The notes under the pieces: generated by a model
What the model was told of the DNA's origin: nothing
Databases searched by the model: none
What the model saw: the letters and a program-made list of their open reading frames with translations, nothing else
Shown here: positions 28,622-38,967 of the stretch, in pieces
Numbering within the stretch: position 1 is the first letter of the stretch
Layout of the letters: the number at the start of each line of letters is the position of its first letter
Program-made: the position numbers and the translations under genes
Source of the DNA: a virus
Lineage: Duplodnaviria > Caudoviricetes
Strand: one strand, 5' to 3'
DNA length: 60,740 nt
IMG/VR virus record: IMGVR_UViG_3300046004_001107
Span: 1 to 60,740 of that record

Positions 28622-29266
28622 ATGAAATTAATTACAGAACTAACTGAAGACATAAAATATATTAAAGAAAATGTTGGCAATGGAGATAAGAATTATTTCA
28701 TTGAAGGTGTCTTTATGCAATCTGATACCAAAAACCGCAATGGTAGAATTTATCCGACATCTACTCTAGCCAAAGAAACCAACCGATATATTACTGAATA
28801 TGTCAATAAAGGAAGAGCATTAGGAGAATTAAACCATCCAACTGGTCCTACTGTCAATCTTGATAGAGTATCTCATATTGTTAAAGAACTCCATGAAAAT
28901 GGAAAAAGTATCTATGGCAAGGCAAAAGTTCTTGATACACCAATGGGAAAGATTGTAAAAAATCTCATTGACGAGGGTGCACAATTAGGTGTATCTACTC
29001 GTGGTATGGGATCTCTCAAAGCAAAGAATGGTTATCAAGAAGTTCAAGAAGACTTTATGTTGGCTGCAATTGATATTGTAGCCGATCCTTCAGCCCCAAA
29101 TGCTTTTGTAAATGGAATCATGGAAGGCAGAGAATGGATTATGGAAAATGGTATGTGGTCTGAACACCAAATTGCAAATGCAAGACGTATTGTAAAAAAT
29201 TCTTCTTCCAGAAATCTTAATAAAAATGTTGTAAAAATCTTTGAAGATTTTTTCAAGAACATCTAA
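28622..29266 (+). CDS. gp21: prohead protease
   Basis: MKLITE, NRNGRIYP, ALGELNHP, GVSTRGMGS, DIVADPSAPNAFV. Confidence 0.97.
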   Translation: MKLITELTEDIKYIKENVGNGDKNYFIEGVFMQSDTKNRNGRIYPTSTLAKETNRYITEYVNKGRALGELNHPTGPTVNLDRVSHIVKELHENGKSIYGKAKVLDTPMGKIVKNLIDEGAQLGVSTRGMGSLKAKNGYQEVQEDFMLAAIDIVADPSAPNAFVNGIMEGREWIMENGMWSEHQIANARRIVKNSSSRNLNKNVVKIFEDFFKNI

Positions 29267-29267
29267 A

Positions 29268-29864
29268 ATGTACTTAAACCAAAATACAAAAGATTTTTTA
29301 CTTTACACTCTTAGAGAAAATACTTCTGGGGGTGGTGGTGTTGGAATGACTCCAGGTTATGGATCAACTATTGCAGATTATGATCCATCTGATACTGAAA
29401 TAGATCCAGTTACAGGGAAAACTAAGAAAAAGAAAAAGCAATCAGAAGCGTCATATTACAAAAGTGCTTTACAAACCGCTCTTGGTTCTGATATTGATTT
29501 AGATAAAGAAACTTCTGGTCAACCAAGTTTAGGTTTTCTGGGGGCACTTGGAACTCTCAAAAGACGAATGGGATATAAATTAGATCCTAATGCAGAGACA
29601 GGAATGCGTGGTGGAACTGGCTTGGTTAAAGGTGCTATATCTGGAGTAGCTGGAGCTGGTCTTGCATCTACAGCCTTAGCTTTTATGGGACCACTTGGTC
29701 AAAGTATAGCAGGAAAATTACCATACCTAACAGCCATGGGTGTAGATCCATTAGATTATGCAACGAAAGTTATGGGAGTTGATTACGTTTCTGATCAACT
29801 ATCAAAATTAGGAAAACGTCAGACAAAACAGATAACATCTGGTGCTGGAAATATTAAACTATAA
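29268..29864 (+). CDS. Gly-rich hypothetical protein between gp21 and gp22
   Basis: ATG right after gp21 stop; hydrophobic GAISGVAGAGLASTALAF segment. Confidence 0.55.
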   Translation: MYLNQNTKDFLLYTLRENTSGGGGVGMTPGYGSTIADYDPSDTEIDPVTGKTKKKKKQSEASYYKSALQTALGSDIDLDKETSGQPSLGFLGALGTLKRRMGYKLDPNAETGMRGGTGLVKGAISGVAGAGLASTALAFMGPLGQSIAGKLPYLTAMGVDPLDYATKVMGVDYVSDQLSKLGKRQTKQITSGAGNIKL

Positions 29865-29870
29865 ACAATT

Positions 29871-29878
29871 TATAAATA
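29871..29878 (+). promoter_or_regulatory. late promoter
   Basis: TATAAATA before gp22. Confidence 0.65.
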
Positions 29879-29902
29879 ATTAAAGGTCAGGAATATATTG
29901 AT

Positions 29903-31084
29903 ATGAAACAAAACAACAAAAAATCATTAAAGCAAACAATTCAACATATGGCTCAATCAATGTCGAGTCAACCACCCATGGGTCAACCACAAATGAGTGC
30001 ACAATCAATGGATAAACCACAGGGAAACCAACCACAAGTAGGTGTACCAGAAAAGGGTAGACCAGAAATAATGGGTGTGCAACAAATGGGTATGCAAACA
30101 GGTGCAGCTAACGGTGAAGTATATATGCCCGATGGAAAGACAGCTATGTTTCCTTCTCCGGTTGATACCAACATGATGAATCGTGGAACCTCACAGACTC
30201 CTCTTCGTGGTGCTGTTGACGCAAGATCTGCATATAGTTCTGGTTTTAATTCTGGTATGCAACAACCCCAACCACCAGAAGAAGAATTTGATGAGTATGA
30301 AGAAGAAGAAGAGGAAGAGGATGATGCAGGAGAAGGTATGGCTGAAGGTTATAAATCACAATTCCGTGATTCAATCATCAGTCTTCTTGGTGACTCCAAC
30401 GTATCTTCTAGCCTTGTCGAACAACTCGAAGGTGTATTTGAAGCAGCTGTTCAAGACCGTGTAGAAAAGAATGTTGCTATCGTCTTAGAAGAAGTTGACC
30501 AAAATGTCAAAACATATCTTTCAAACGTAACAAATAATTTGGTTGAAAAAGTTGACGATTATTTGGAGTATGTTGTTGAAGAGTGGATGACTGATAATGC
30601 AGTTGCTGTTGAACAAGGTATCAAAACCCAAATCGCAGAAAACTTTATTACTGGTTTGAAGAATCTTTTCGAGAACCATTACATCGATGTTCCTGCTGAA
30701 AAATATAATGTCCTTGATGAATTATATGCTCAGAATAAGGGCTTGCATGAACAACTCAATCAAAGAATGAATGATAACATTAACCTCAAGAAAGAAGTTG
30801 CACTAACTGAATGTGCAGGAATTTTTGTAGCTGAGACCAAAGATCTTGCAGATACACAAGTTGCCAAACTTCAAGCCTTGATGGAAAACGTCTCTTTTGG
30901 TGGACCAGAAGAATATCGAAACAAATTAAGTGCAATTAAAGATAGTTACTTGAATAATGCAAGACAATACTCTGCACCAAGAATTATGCACGAAGAACAA
31001 ACTTTTTCCAAGGTTAAAGAAGTCCCAACGACTTTGGTAGAAGGATACGCATCTGCGTTGGGACGCATTAACAAGAAAGTTTAA
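29903..31084 (+). CDS. gp22: prohead scaffold protein
   Basis: VFEAAV, VDDYLEYVVEEWMTDNAVAVEQGIKTQIAENFITGLKNLFENHYIDVP. Confidence 0.93.
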   Translation: MKQNNKKSLKQTIQHMAQSMSSQPPMGQPQMSAQSMDKPQGNQPQVGVPEKGRPEIMGVQQMGMQTGAANGEVYMPDGKTAMFPSPVDTNMMNRGTSQTPLRGAVDARSAYSSGFNSGMQQPQPPEEEFDEYEEEEEEEDDAGEGMAEGYKSQFRDSIISLLGDSNVSSSLVEQLEGVFEAAVQDRVEKNVAIVLEEVDQNVKTYLSNVTNNLVEKVDDYLEYVVEEWMTDNAVAVEQGIKTQIAENFITGLKNLFENHYIDVPAEKYNVLDELYAQNKGLHEQLNQRMNDNINLKKEVALTECAGIFVAETKDLADTQVAKLQALMENVSFGGPEEYRNKLSAIKDSYLNNARQYSAPRIMHEEQTFSKVKEVPTTLVEGYASALGRINKKV

Positions 31085-31123
31085 AATTACTAAATAATTT
31101 TAATTACAGGAGATACTAATAAA

Positions 31124-32533
31124 ATGAATTTTCAAGACCAAACCCCTTATGACATCTTAACTGAGAAGTGGAATCCGGTTCTAAACCATGATGCACTTCC
31201 AACAATTAAAGATGAATACCGTCGTAAAGTGACTGCCGTTCTTCTCGAAAACGAAGAACAAGCAATCCGTTCGCAACATCTTAGCGAAGACATGACTTCC
31301 AATAATCTTGGAATGCCTTCTTCGTTCACCAACACTGGTGCAGTTTCTGGTTATGACCCAGTACTCATCAGCTTGGTTCGCCGTGCAATGCCAAATCTAA
31401 TGGCCTATGATATCTGTGGCGTTCAACCAATGACCGCTCCAACAGGTCTTATCTTTGCCATGCGTGCACAATATCAAACTGGTGGAACATACGGTGCAGG
31501 TTCAAGCTATATGGAAGCTATGTTCCAAGAGCCAAGTCCATCGTGGAGTGGTTCTGGTTATACCTTGAGTGCACAAGAGAGAGCTCTTAGAGGTCTTTGC
31601 GGTACTTCGGGTGGTTCTGACCCAACGCAAATTCGTGCAGGTAATCCAGCACTATCAACTTACCGTGGTATGCTTACCAATAACGGTGAAGGTCTTGGTG
31701 GCGGTGCAAATGCTCTTGATCCGTATAAAACCTATAATCAAATGGCTTTCTCAATTGACCGTGTGGCTGTTCAAGCTAAGACTCGTGCTCTTAGCAGCAA
31801 TTACACAATTGAGTTGGCACAAGATCTTAAGGCTGTTCACGGTCTAGACGCTGAAGCCGAACTCGCAAATCTTCTCAGCACTGAAATTCTTGCTGAAATC
31901 AATCGCGAAATCGTAAGAAGCATCTATTATGTTGCTCGTGCTGGTTCACAACAAAAAGATCTTGCTAGTCCTGGATTCTACGATCTTGACCAAGATTCTG
32001 ATGGTCGTTGGTCTGCGGAACGTTTCCGTGGTCTTAGCTTCCAAATCGAGCGTGAATGCAATGCAATCGCCAAGGAAACTCGTCGTGGTCGCGGTAACTT
32101 CATCATCACTGATAGTGATACTGCAGCTGCCCTTGCTATGTCAGGTTTCATGAGTCTCAGTCCTGCTATTTCTCCTCAACTAAACGTTGATGACACACAA
32201 AGCACCTTTGCTGGTGTACTAAGTGGCAAGATTAAGGTTTATATCGATCCATATAGCCCAGCCGGAGTAAACTTCTTTGTCTGTGGATATAAGGGTGAGT
32301 CTCCATATGATGCAGGTCTGTTCTACTGCCCATACGTTCCGCTCCAAATGGTTCGAGCTGTTGATCCTAATACGTTCCAACCACGTATTGCCTTTAAGAC
32401 TCGTTATGGTGTTGTTGCTAACCCATACGTTCTTAATGGTGCTACCCCCGATGGTGATAGCCTAACTGCTGGTCTTAATCAGTACTACCGTTTCACTGCT
32501 GTAACAAATCTACATGGTAATACTCAGTTCTAA
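31124..32533 (+). CDS. gp23: major capsid protein
   Basis: DPVLISLVRRAMPNLMAYDICGVQPMTAPTGLIFAMR, ELAQDLKAVHGLDAE, FQPRIAFKTRYG; ACTAAATA 31089-31096, SD AGGAG. Confidence 0.98.
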   Translation: MNFQDQTPYDILTEKWNPVLNHDALPTIKDEYRRKVTAVLLENEEQAIRSQHLSEDMTSNNLGMPSSFTNTGAVSGYDPVLISLVRRAMPNLMAYDICGVQPMTAPTGLIFAMRAQYQTGGTYGAGSSYMEAMFQEPSPSWSGSGYTLSAQERALRGLCGTSGGSDPTQIRAGNPALSTYRGMLTNNGEGLGGGANALDPYKTYNQMAFSIDRVAVQAKTRALSSNYTIELAQDLKAVHGLDAEAELANLLSTEILAEINREIVRSIYYVARAGSQQKDLASPGFYDLDQDSDGRWSAERFRGLSFQIERECNAIAKETRRGRGNFIITDSDTAAALAMSGFMSLSPAISPQLNVDDTQSTFAGVLSGKIKVYIDPYSPAGVNFFVCGYKGESPYDAGLFYCPYVPLQMVRAVDPNTFQPRIAFKTRYGVVANPYVLNGATPDGDSLTAGLNQYYRFTAVTNLHGNTQF

Positions 32534-32558
32534 AAACTGACCATGTATAAGTAACACG

Positions 32559-32588
32559 AAGACCTCCCCAGAAATGGGGAGGTCTTTC
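32559..32588 (+). terminator. terminator after gp23
   Basis: AAGACCTCCCCA-GAAA-TGGGGAGGTCTT then T-rich tract. Confidence 0.85.
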
Positions 32589-32607
32589 ATTTTAAATAAA
32601 TAATTTT

Positions 32608-33138
32608 ATGACAGTATGTAAAAATAATATAAACCCACTTTATAACAACTATTTCAGATTAACTTTTTCCAGAGGAACAAGTCAATTTGAACTTATGTGT
32701 CAACGTGTAACATTACCAGGTCTGAGTATTGGTGAAACTAAACAACCCACTACTCTTGGTACAACTATTCCTATTCCAACTCTAGCAGCAAACTTTGAAC
32801 CTTTGAAAGTTGACTTTATAGTTGATAATGATTTGACTAACTGGAAAAGTATATATTCATGGATAAGAAATATATCAAATATTGATGATGATAACAATAA
32901 CAATCTTACATATCAAAAATGGCATATTAAAGCAGTCTTAGATATTTTAAATCCAATCAACTGTAATACTGTAGATTTAAGTTTTACATTCCACAATGTT
33001 ATACCAACCAGTTTAGGTGGATTGGCTTTCCAGACTGATAACAGTGATGTAAATTTGGTAAAATGTAATGCATCTTTTGCGTACTCTTATTATAGTATGA
33101 TTCCTGATGCTGAGTCTAATTTATTGAATCAAATTTAA
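32608..33138 (+). CDS. gp3: tail tube terminator/completion protein
   Basis: CQRVTLPGLSIG, FEPLKVDFIVDNDLTNWKSIYSWI, PTSLGGLAF. Confidence 0.85.
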   Translation: MTVCKNNINPLYNNYFRLTFSRGTSQFELMCQRVTLPGLSIGETKQPTTLGTTIPIPTLAANFEPLKVDFIVDNDLTNWKSIYSWIRNISNIDDDNNNNLTYQKWHIKAVLDILNPINCNTVDLSFTFHNVIPTSLGGLAFQTDNSDVNLVKCNASFAYSYYSMIPDAESNLLNQI

Positions 33139-33813
33139 TTAAAAGTACTCAGAAGGGTCATCTGACCAACTTTCAGCTTTATTTGGGTCGCCATCTGGTT
33201 TATAAGGTAGTTTCTTCGTCTCAGGATTCATTGTGCGGCGTTTTATTGGCTTAGGTGGCTTCGGAGACTCCTCGATCAACAAATCCTCTACAGAGGGTTC
33301 CTGCTTCTCAGCTTCTTCTATTTCTTCTCCATCATCATCAACATCTATCATAATTTCAGCACCTTCATAGGTGTCGATCATATCGTTGACAAAATTTACA
33401 AAATCTTCATTATTGAAGAGTTCATTTAGCATCATAAGTCCAGTCTCTGGACCAACCACAATATCTTCACTAATATTGTTCATTATTGACTTTGGGTCTG
33501 TTTGCATTGCTTGAAAAAATATATCATACATCTTAGAAAGATCATCAGCAGGAGTTCCAGTATATAATATAGAAGTTCTATTGATTGAAATTTCAGATAA
33601 TTGTAGATTAGCTGCGTAGTTAGTTAATTTAAAATATTCAATTAGCTCACCATTTTCATCACGTGATAATGCAGTTTCAATTTTGGCTGGAAATGAGATT
33701 AAAATTTTATCTAATTGTGCGTCTCGAACTAAACCAATTAGTTCATCGCCATTGATAAGTTTAACAACTCGAACAATACCACCAAAGGGAGTTTCTTGTA
33801 CTTCGTCAGACAT
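33139..33813 (-). CDS. hypothetical protein, Sm-like N-terminus and acidic C-terminus
   Basis: VRVVKLINGDELIG typical of the uvsW neighbour; SD GGAGG; GATAAATA 33830-33837. Confidence 0.6.
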   Translation of the reverse strand: MSDEVQETPFGGIVRVVKLINGDELIGLVRDAQLDKILISFPAKIETALSRDENGELIEYFKLTNYAANLQLSEISINRTSILYTGTPADDLSKMYDIFFQAMQTDPKSIMNNISEDIVVGPETGLMMLNELFNNEDFVNFVNDMIDTYEGAEIMIDVDDDGEEIEEAEKQEPSVEDLLIEESPKPPKPIKRRTMNPETKKLPYKPDGDPNKAESWSDDPSEYF

Positions 33814-33828
33814 AGTAACCCTCCTAAT

Positions 33829-35331
33829 TTATTTATCATCGGAAGGTAGTGGCATGGACATTATTCTGTAATCAAATTTTTCTTTTTTATAAATTTTGAT
33901 TCGTTCTTCAAAATGCCTATAAACATGGTTCTTGTATGACTTGTAACAAAGGTCATCAACAATGTCATAAACTTTCAAAGTTTTCTTTTTAGAAGATACT
34001 CGTAAACCTCTACCAATACTCTGTAGTAAACGAATTACAGATTTCGTAGGAGAGGCGAGTATAAGATTATCAATGTTGACAATGTTAATCCCAGTACTAG
34101 TAGTACCGTAACTCGCAACCAATATGGCATTAGTTTGTGTATCCACGATACGTCGGATAGATTCTCGGGCTTCACTTTCTGTCTTTCCGTGAATAAGATA
34201 TACTTTCTTATCCGTTCCTGCTGCATCAATGAGAGCGTGGAGAGGTTTCCCGTGTCCTTCGACGTAGTTGAAAAGGATGAGTGTATTGCCTTTGGTATGA
34301 ATTGCGAGTTCTTTGACAAATTCATTCCTCCTACTGTTACTTATTATAGTTTTGATTTCATCAGGATATTTTTGTTTCTTCATATCCTGTTTTTCTTGAT
34401 CTGTGTACTTGAGTACAATACAGTCAACAGCAAGAGTAGCAAGCAATCCTTTGTTCATTAGACTCTTTGTCTGTATAAATTGTATAGCAGGTCCTAGAAT
34501 GCCTTCTATGCTCAGACGATGTGCTTGTGTTTGATCTAGGGTGCCCGTAGTGCCAATACGAAACCACGCTTTGGTTAACTTCTGACCAATTAAGTTAATT
34601 GATTCTGCCTTGGCTTGGTGACACTCATCAAAGAAGATAGCATCAAACTGATCAAACCATTCTCGTGGTAACTTGTATATAGACTGCCAAGTAGAAACAA
34701 TTACTTGTTTGTTGGTATCTTTTTCAAGCCCTGCACTAATTTTATGAATATATTTTCTTGATAGCCAGGAAGGATCTGTCTTTGAGTAATCAAAGAAGTC
34801 GGTTTCCATCTGTGTAACCAACCCTACGGTTGGAACCAAAACTAAAATCTTTCTGTCTGATTTTATTACGGATAGCAGATAGCGGAGCAAGACGTAAATT
34901 ATTAAACTTTTTCCAGAACCTGTCGGAGATATTATTACACACCGGTGAGAGTTGATAGCGTGAAGAATTGCTTGGCTTTGGTGAGGGTGCATTTTTACCC
35001 GCTGTTTCTTTACAGAAACTTTCAGCGTATCGTAAAAGTCCAGAAGTTTCTCCTCCGTTATGCATAGGGGATTCTTGCTTTCTTTAATATTTAAAGTGTA
35101 TTGGCGGTCTTTACAAAACTTACTCAGGTAAGATTTAAGACCCCTTGGTAGGGTGGAAGATAGAATATCAAATAATCTTATCTTACCATCCCATATACGC
35201 CGTTTAAACAATGGCATATACTCAGCACCAGGAATCATGAACGAGAAATAATCTCTCAGTTCTTGTTTGACTCCCTTTTCTGTTTTTATATAGTAACGAA
35301 CTTCGTCTACAGATTCAACTTCTACATCCAC
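33829..35331 (-). CDS. uvsW: SF2 helicase
   Basis: WDGKIRLF, SPTGSGKS, DECH, GTTGT, QSIGRGLR; GTG start. Confidence 0.96.
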   Translation of the reverse strand: MDVEVESVDEVRYYIKTEKGVKQELRDYFSFMIPGAEYMPLFKRRIWDGKIRLFDILSSTLPRGLKSYLSKFCKDRQYTLNIKESKNPLCITEEKLLDFYDTLKVSVKKQRVKMHPHQSQAILHAINSHRCVIISPTGSGKSLIIYVLLRYLLSVIKSDRKILVLVPTVGLVTQMETDFFDYSKTDPSWLSRKYIHKISAGLEKDTNKQVIVSTWQSIYKLPREWFDQFDAIFFDECHQAKAESINLIGQKLTKAWFRIGTTGTLDQTQAHRLSIEGILGPAIQFIQTKSLMNKGLLATLAVDCIVLKYTDQEKQDMKKQKYPDEIKTIISNSRRNEFVKELAIHTKGNTLILFNYVEGHGKPLHALIDAAGTDKKVYLIHGKTESEARESIRRIVDTQTNAILVASYGTTSTGINIVNIDNLILASPTKSVIRLLQSIGRGLRVSSKKKTLKVYDIVDDLCYKSYKNHVYRHFEERIKIYKKEKFDYRIMSMPLPSDDK

Positions 35332-35349
35332 TCAATATTTATGGTAAGA

Positions 35350-35787
35350 TTAGACAATACCCTGTGTCATCTTAAACCAATCAATAGCGGACTTAATAGA
35401 GAAATTTCTATTATTGAGAACTTTTAAAAATTCTTCAACCATCTTAACCTTAACTTCAATAACAGCAATCTTTAATTTTAGTTCAATAACTTTTGGATCT
35501 GCCTCTATGAACTTTTCTACATCAGTCTTTAGTAGAGTTAGTCCATTTGGATCCTCTCCCCAGGCTTCCAACTCTTCACGACTAGCCTTACCAGTAAAGA
35601 TCTTCCACTTACGGAGTTTAAGAATTGCTAGATCGTTTACCTGCTTGCAGAGAATTAATTTAAAATCTGCATGAAGACATAGGTATTTACTGTGCAGTTG
35701 AGGAGTTTTAATAGCCTCATTTCCTAGTTCTGAGGAGTCAACAGAAGCATCTTTGGAAATATTGAGTTTAAGTTCTTCTAGATTCAT
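35350..35787 (-). CDS. uvsY: recombination mediator
   Basis: KTPQLHSKYL, FTGKA, NRNFSIKSAIDWFK. Confidence 0.92.
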   Translation of the reverse strand: MNLEELKLNISKDASVDSSELGNEAIKTPQLHSKYLCLHADFKLILCKQVNDLAILKLRKWKIFTGKASREELEAWGEDPNGLTLLKTDVEKFIEADPKVIELKLKIAVIEVKVKMVEEFLKVLNNRNFSIKSAIDWFKMTQGIV

Positions 35788-35793
35788 AAAGAC

Positions 35794-35858
35794 ATTATAA
35801 TATAAGTCAAGAAAATGTCAACTAAATAACTTGACATCTTTATAAGTTGTATTATATT
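35794..35858. promoter_or_regulatory. divergent sigma70-like promoters (uvsY and glycan island)
   Basis: Minus TTGACA-N16-TATAAT (35821-35794); plus TTGACA-N16-TATATT (35831-35858); late-like ACTAAATA 35821-35828. Confidence 0.7.
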
Positions 35859-35872
35859 TAACACGAGGTTAT

Positions 35873-36505
35873 ATGATTATTGATTTACGAGAAATACCAG
35901 TCGTATGGATTAATTTAGATTCAGCAACTAAAAATGCTGAGATTATGCAAAACAGATTAGAAAAATATGGGTTTAAAAATACTCATAGAAAATCTGGTTT
36001 AATTATTCCGCCCCCAGAAGGAACACCAAGAGAAATATACCATTTTATGGGATGTGGACAATCTCATATTGATATACTTGAATCTCTACAATATACTACA
36101 CCGGTTCTAATTTTAGAAGATGATGTTGAGTTTGCTGAAGATTTTAATCCTATTATTGATATTCCGGAAGATAGTGATGGAATATATCTTGGTGTATCTA
36201 TTGGAAACAGATATTATGCTTCTAAAAGATATGATGAAAATTATTTAAGAATTGGTGGAATTCTTGCTGCACATGCAATTTTATATGTTACTGATACATA
36301 TCGACAAAATATGGCTGATGTAGGTAATCATTGTCTTCATAGATTACACCAACCATGGGATATGGGTACTGCACAAATTCAATTTTCTCATAAAGTTTAT
36401 GCAACAAATAAACCCCTATTTTATCAATCAAATGATAGAGAAAACGCCAATAAGTGGCAGGGATTGACTGATTGCAGTTTAGAAGATAGAAATTTTAATT
36501 TTTAA
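35873..36505 (+). CDS. GT25-like glycosyltransferase
   Basis: VVWINLD, GCGQSH, LILEDD, AHAILY. Confidence 0.7.
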   Translation: MIIDLREIPVVWINLDSATKNAEIMQNRLEKYGFKNTHRKSGLIIPPPEGTPREIYHFMGCGQSHIDILESLQYTTPVLILEDDVEFAEDFNPIIDIPEDSDGIYLGVSIGNRYYASKRYDENYLRIGGILAAHAILYVTDTYRQNMADVGNHCLHRLHQPWDMGTAQIQFSHKVYATNKPLFYQSNDRENANKWQGLTDCSLEDRNFNF

Positions 36506-37293
36506 TGATTACTTTTAATAGACTTGGTAATTATGGGCGTATGGGAAATCAGATGTTTCAGTATGCAACGTTATTTGCGATTGCTAAAACTAGAGGATAC
36601 GAATATGGTATTCCATATAAATCTAAATCAAATAATCCATATTTAAATTTTTGTTTAGATGATGCTTTTTTAAATTTAACTGCAAAAGATAGTTCAGAAA
36701 TTAAAAATATTAATAGAGCCCAAGAACATAATTTTACATATAATGCTGGTATATTTGGTATATCTGACAATACTGATATTGTTGGATATTTTCAAAGTGA
36801 AAAATATTTTATTGATTATAGACAAGATTTATTAAAAGAATTTGAATTTACTCCACATATTAAAACTCAAGCAGAGATAATACGGCAAATTGGTAAAAAA
36901 TTAGCAGTTGCCCTGCATATACGGTTAGGAGATTATATAAATTTAACAGATAAACATCCTATATGTACTATGCAATATTATGAAGAAGCATTAAACAATA
37001 TTCCAGAAAATGCTTTTCTTTATATTATTAGTGATGATAATGAAAAGGCTGCAGAACTTTTTAAAGATTTAAAAAGACCTTTTTGTATTCCAGATACAAA
37101 AAATCAAAATATTGATATGTGTTTAATGACTATGTGTGATTATCATATAATTGCAAATAGTTCTTTTAGTTGGTGGGGAGCATGGCTCAGTGAAAGTAAA
37201 AAAGTGATTGCACCAAGTCAGTGGTTTGGTGCTGCACAAGGAATGCCAAAAAATTGGTCTGATATTTATTGCAAAAATTGGATCATTATATGA
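36505..37293 (+). CDS. alpha-1,2-fucosyltransferase-like (GT11)
   Basis: GNQMFQYA, GYFQSEKYF, HIRLGDY, NSSFSWWGAWL. Confidence 0.9.
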   Translation: MITFNRLGNYGRMGNQMFQYATLFAIAKTRGYEYGIPYKSKSNNPYLNFCLDDAFLNLTAKDSSEIKNINRAQEHNFTYNAGIFGISDNTDIVGYFQSEKYFIDYRQDLLKEFEFTPHIKTQAEIIRQIGKKLAVALHIRLGDYINLTDKHPICTMQYYEEALNNIPENAFLYIISDDNEKAAELFKDLKRPFCIPDTKNQNIDMCLMTMCDYHIIANSSFSWWGAWLSESKKVIAPSQWFGAAQGMPKNWSDIYCKNWIII

Positions 37294-38120
37294 ATAAATT
37301 ACATATTTTTACTGAAGCTTTTACTGGTGGGTCGTGTTTAAATAATCCACCAAAAACTTTTGAATGGATTTTTAATTCTTATCCCAATGATAATTCACCA
37401 GTTGTTTATTTTGATAATTCTATTTTTAGATATATGAATGATGCCTATAGTGGACCAAAATATGGCTGGTTAGGTGAATCATCAGAAATAATTCCACAAC
37501 TATTGATGGGAATTACAACTAATAAAGATGTTTTAAAATCAAAATATAAAAATATTTTTACCAATGATCATAGAATAATAAGTATTGATCCAGATTTTTT
37601 TAAATATAATCCACCTGCATCAAATATGCCATGGATTAAAAATCCTCATATATTTGAAAAAACACAATTATGTTCGTATATAACAAGTTTTAAAAATTTT
37701 ACATCTGGTCATATTAAAAGAATGGAATTATTTGAACAATTAAAAAATAATCCACAAATAAAAGATCACATTTATGGAAGAGATTATAAGTTTATTCCTG
37801 ATAAATTAGATGGATTAAAAAATTATATGTTTTCTATTGTTGTAGAAAATAGTATATATCCAAAGTATTATACTGAAAAAATAACAGATTGTTTTGCTAC
37901 TGGTACCATCCCTATATACTATGGTGATAAATCCATAGGTGAGGATTTTGATTTAAATGGAATTATTTTTATTGAAGAACTTGAGTCTTTTGATTTATTG
38001 AATTCATATCTTTATAATTCAATGACTGAAGCTGTAAAAATTAATTTTGATCGTGTCTGTCAATTAAACAGCGCAGATGATATGATTTATAGGAGTATTT
38101 GTGATTCGATTAAGTATTAA
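37290..38120 (+). CDS. GT10-like glycosyltransferase
   Basis: YMFSIVVENS..YYTEKITDCF..GTIPIYYG; start at ATGA overlap. Confidence 0.8.
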   Translation: MNKLHIFTEAFTGGSCLNNPPKTFEWIFNSYPNDNSPVVYFDNSIFRYMNDAYSGPKYGWLGESSEIIPQLLMGITTNKDVLKSKYKNIFTNDHRIISIDPDFFKYNPPASNMPWIKNPHIFEKTQLCSYITSFKNFTSGHIKRMELFEQLKNNPQIKDHIYGRDYKFIPDKLDGLKNYMFSIVVENSIYPKYYTEKITDCFATGTIPIYYGDKSIGEDFDLNGIIFIEELESFDLLNSYLYNSMTEAVKINFDRVCQLNSADDMIYRSICDSIKY

Positions 38121-38967
38121 CAATTTTTGGCCTGATTTTAATTATGAAGAAAATCTTTTATTATGTTTATTAAAAGACATATATGGTGATGATTTAGTAT
38201 TAACAAATAATATACATGATTGTAATTTATGTTTAGTTGCAGAAAATTATGTTCCAAAAGAGATAGATCGATCTAAAACTAAAATATTAACATGCATGCC
38301 AGAACCAAAAGAGGTTCAATATAAAGATGGTGATTATCATTTATCTTTTGACCCATTCAGATACGATTTAAAAAATGTTAGATTTCCTATTTGGTATTTT
38401 TATATTAATTTTTATAATTTACAAAATCAAAAAAACCCGATACCAGTTCTAACCCCAAGTGAACTTGATAACAATAAATGGTTACACGCACCAAAAGATG
38501 AATTTTGTATAGCTCCTTTTTCTGCTATTCACAATAATAGAGTTAAATTTCTTCAACTACTTAATACACACAAACCAACAGCTGGATTTGGTTTACCATT
38601 TGGTAATGGTGACGCACAAAGAAACGAACAAACAAAATATGATGCTATATGTAAATATAGATTTTCTATGGCGTTTGAAAATACACATAAAATAGGATAT
38701 GTTACTGAAAAGTTTTTACATGCAAAAACAGCAGGATGTATTCCAATTTATTGGGGTGATGAATATGTTCTTCATGATTTTAATCCAGATTGTTTTATTT
38801 ACGCAAATCATTTTAAATCATTTGAAGAATGTTTAGAATATGTAAAATATATTGATTCAAACGAAGATTTATATCTTAAAATGAAAAATGCACCACTATT
38901 CAATTATGATGTTATTGAATCTTTGAATAATATTAAAAAACAATTAAAGGATGTTATATCATTATAA
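38101..38967 (+). CDS. alpha-1,3/4-fucosyltransferase-like (GT10)
   Basis: YRFSMAFENT..GYVTEK..AGCIPIYWG..DFNP. Confidence 0.88.
   Translation: MIRLSINNFWPDFNYEENLLLCLLKDIYGDDLVLTNNIHDCNLCLVAENYVPKEIDRSKTKILTCMPEPKEVQYKDGDYHLSFDPFRYDLKNVRFPIWYFYINFYNLQNQKNPIPVLTPSELDNNKWLHAPKDEFCIAPFSAIHNNRVKFLQLLNTHKPTAGFGLPFGNGDAQRNEQTKYDAICKYRFSMAFENTHKIGYVTEKFLHAKTAGCIPIYWGDEYVLHDFNPDCFIYANHFKSFEECLEYVKYIDSNEDLYLKMKNAPLFNYDVIESLNNIKKQLKDVISL

Noticed and set aside
3926-32588. Similar hairpins at 3926 and 32559 (AGACCTCC..GNAA..GGTCT) as a mobile repeat or ncRNA family
   Set aside because: Only two short copies, both at gene ends; adequately explained as terminators
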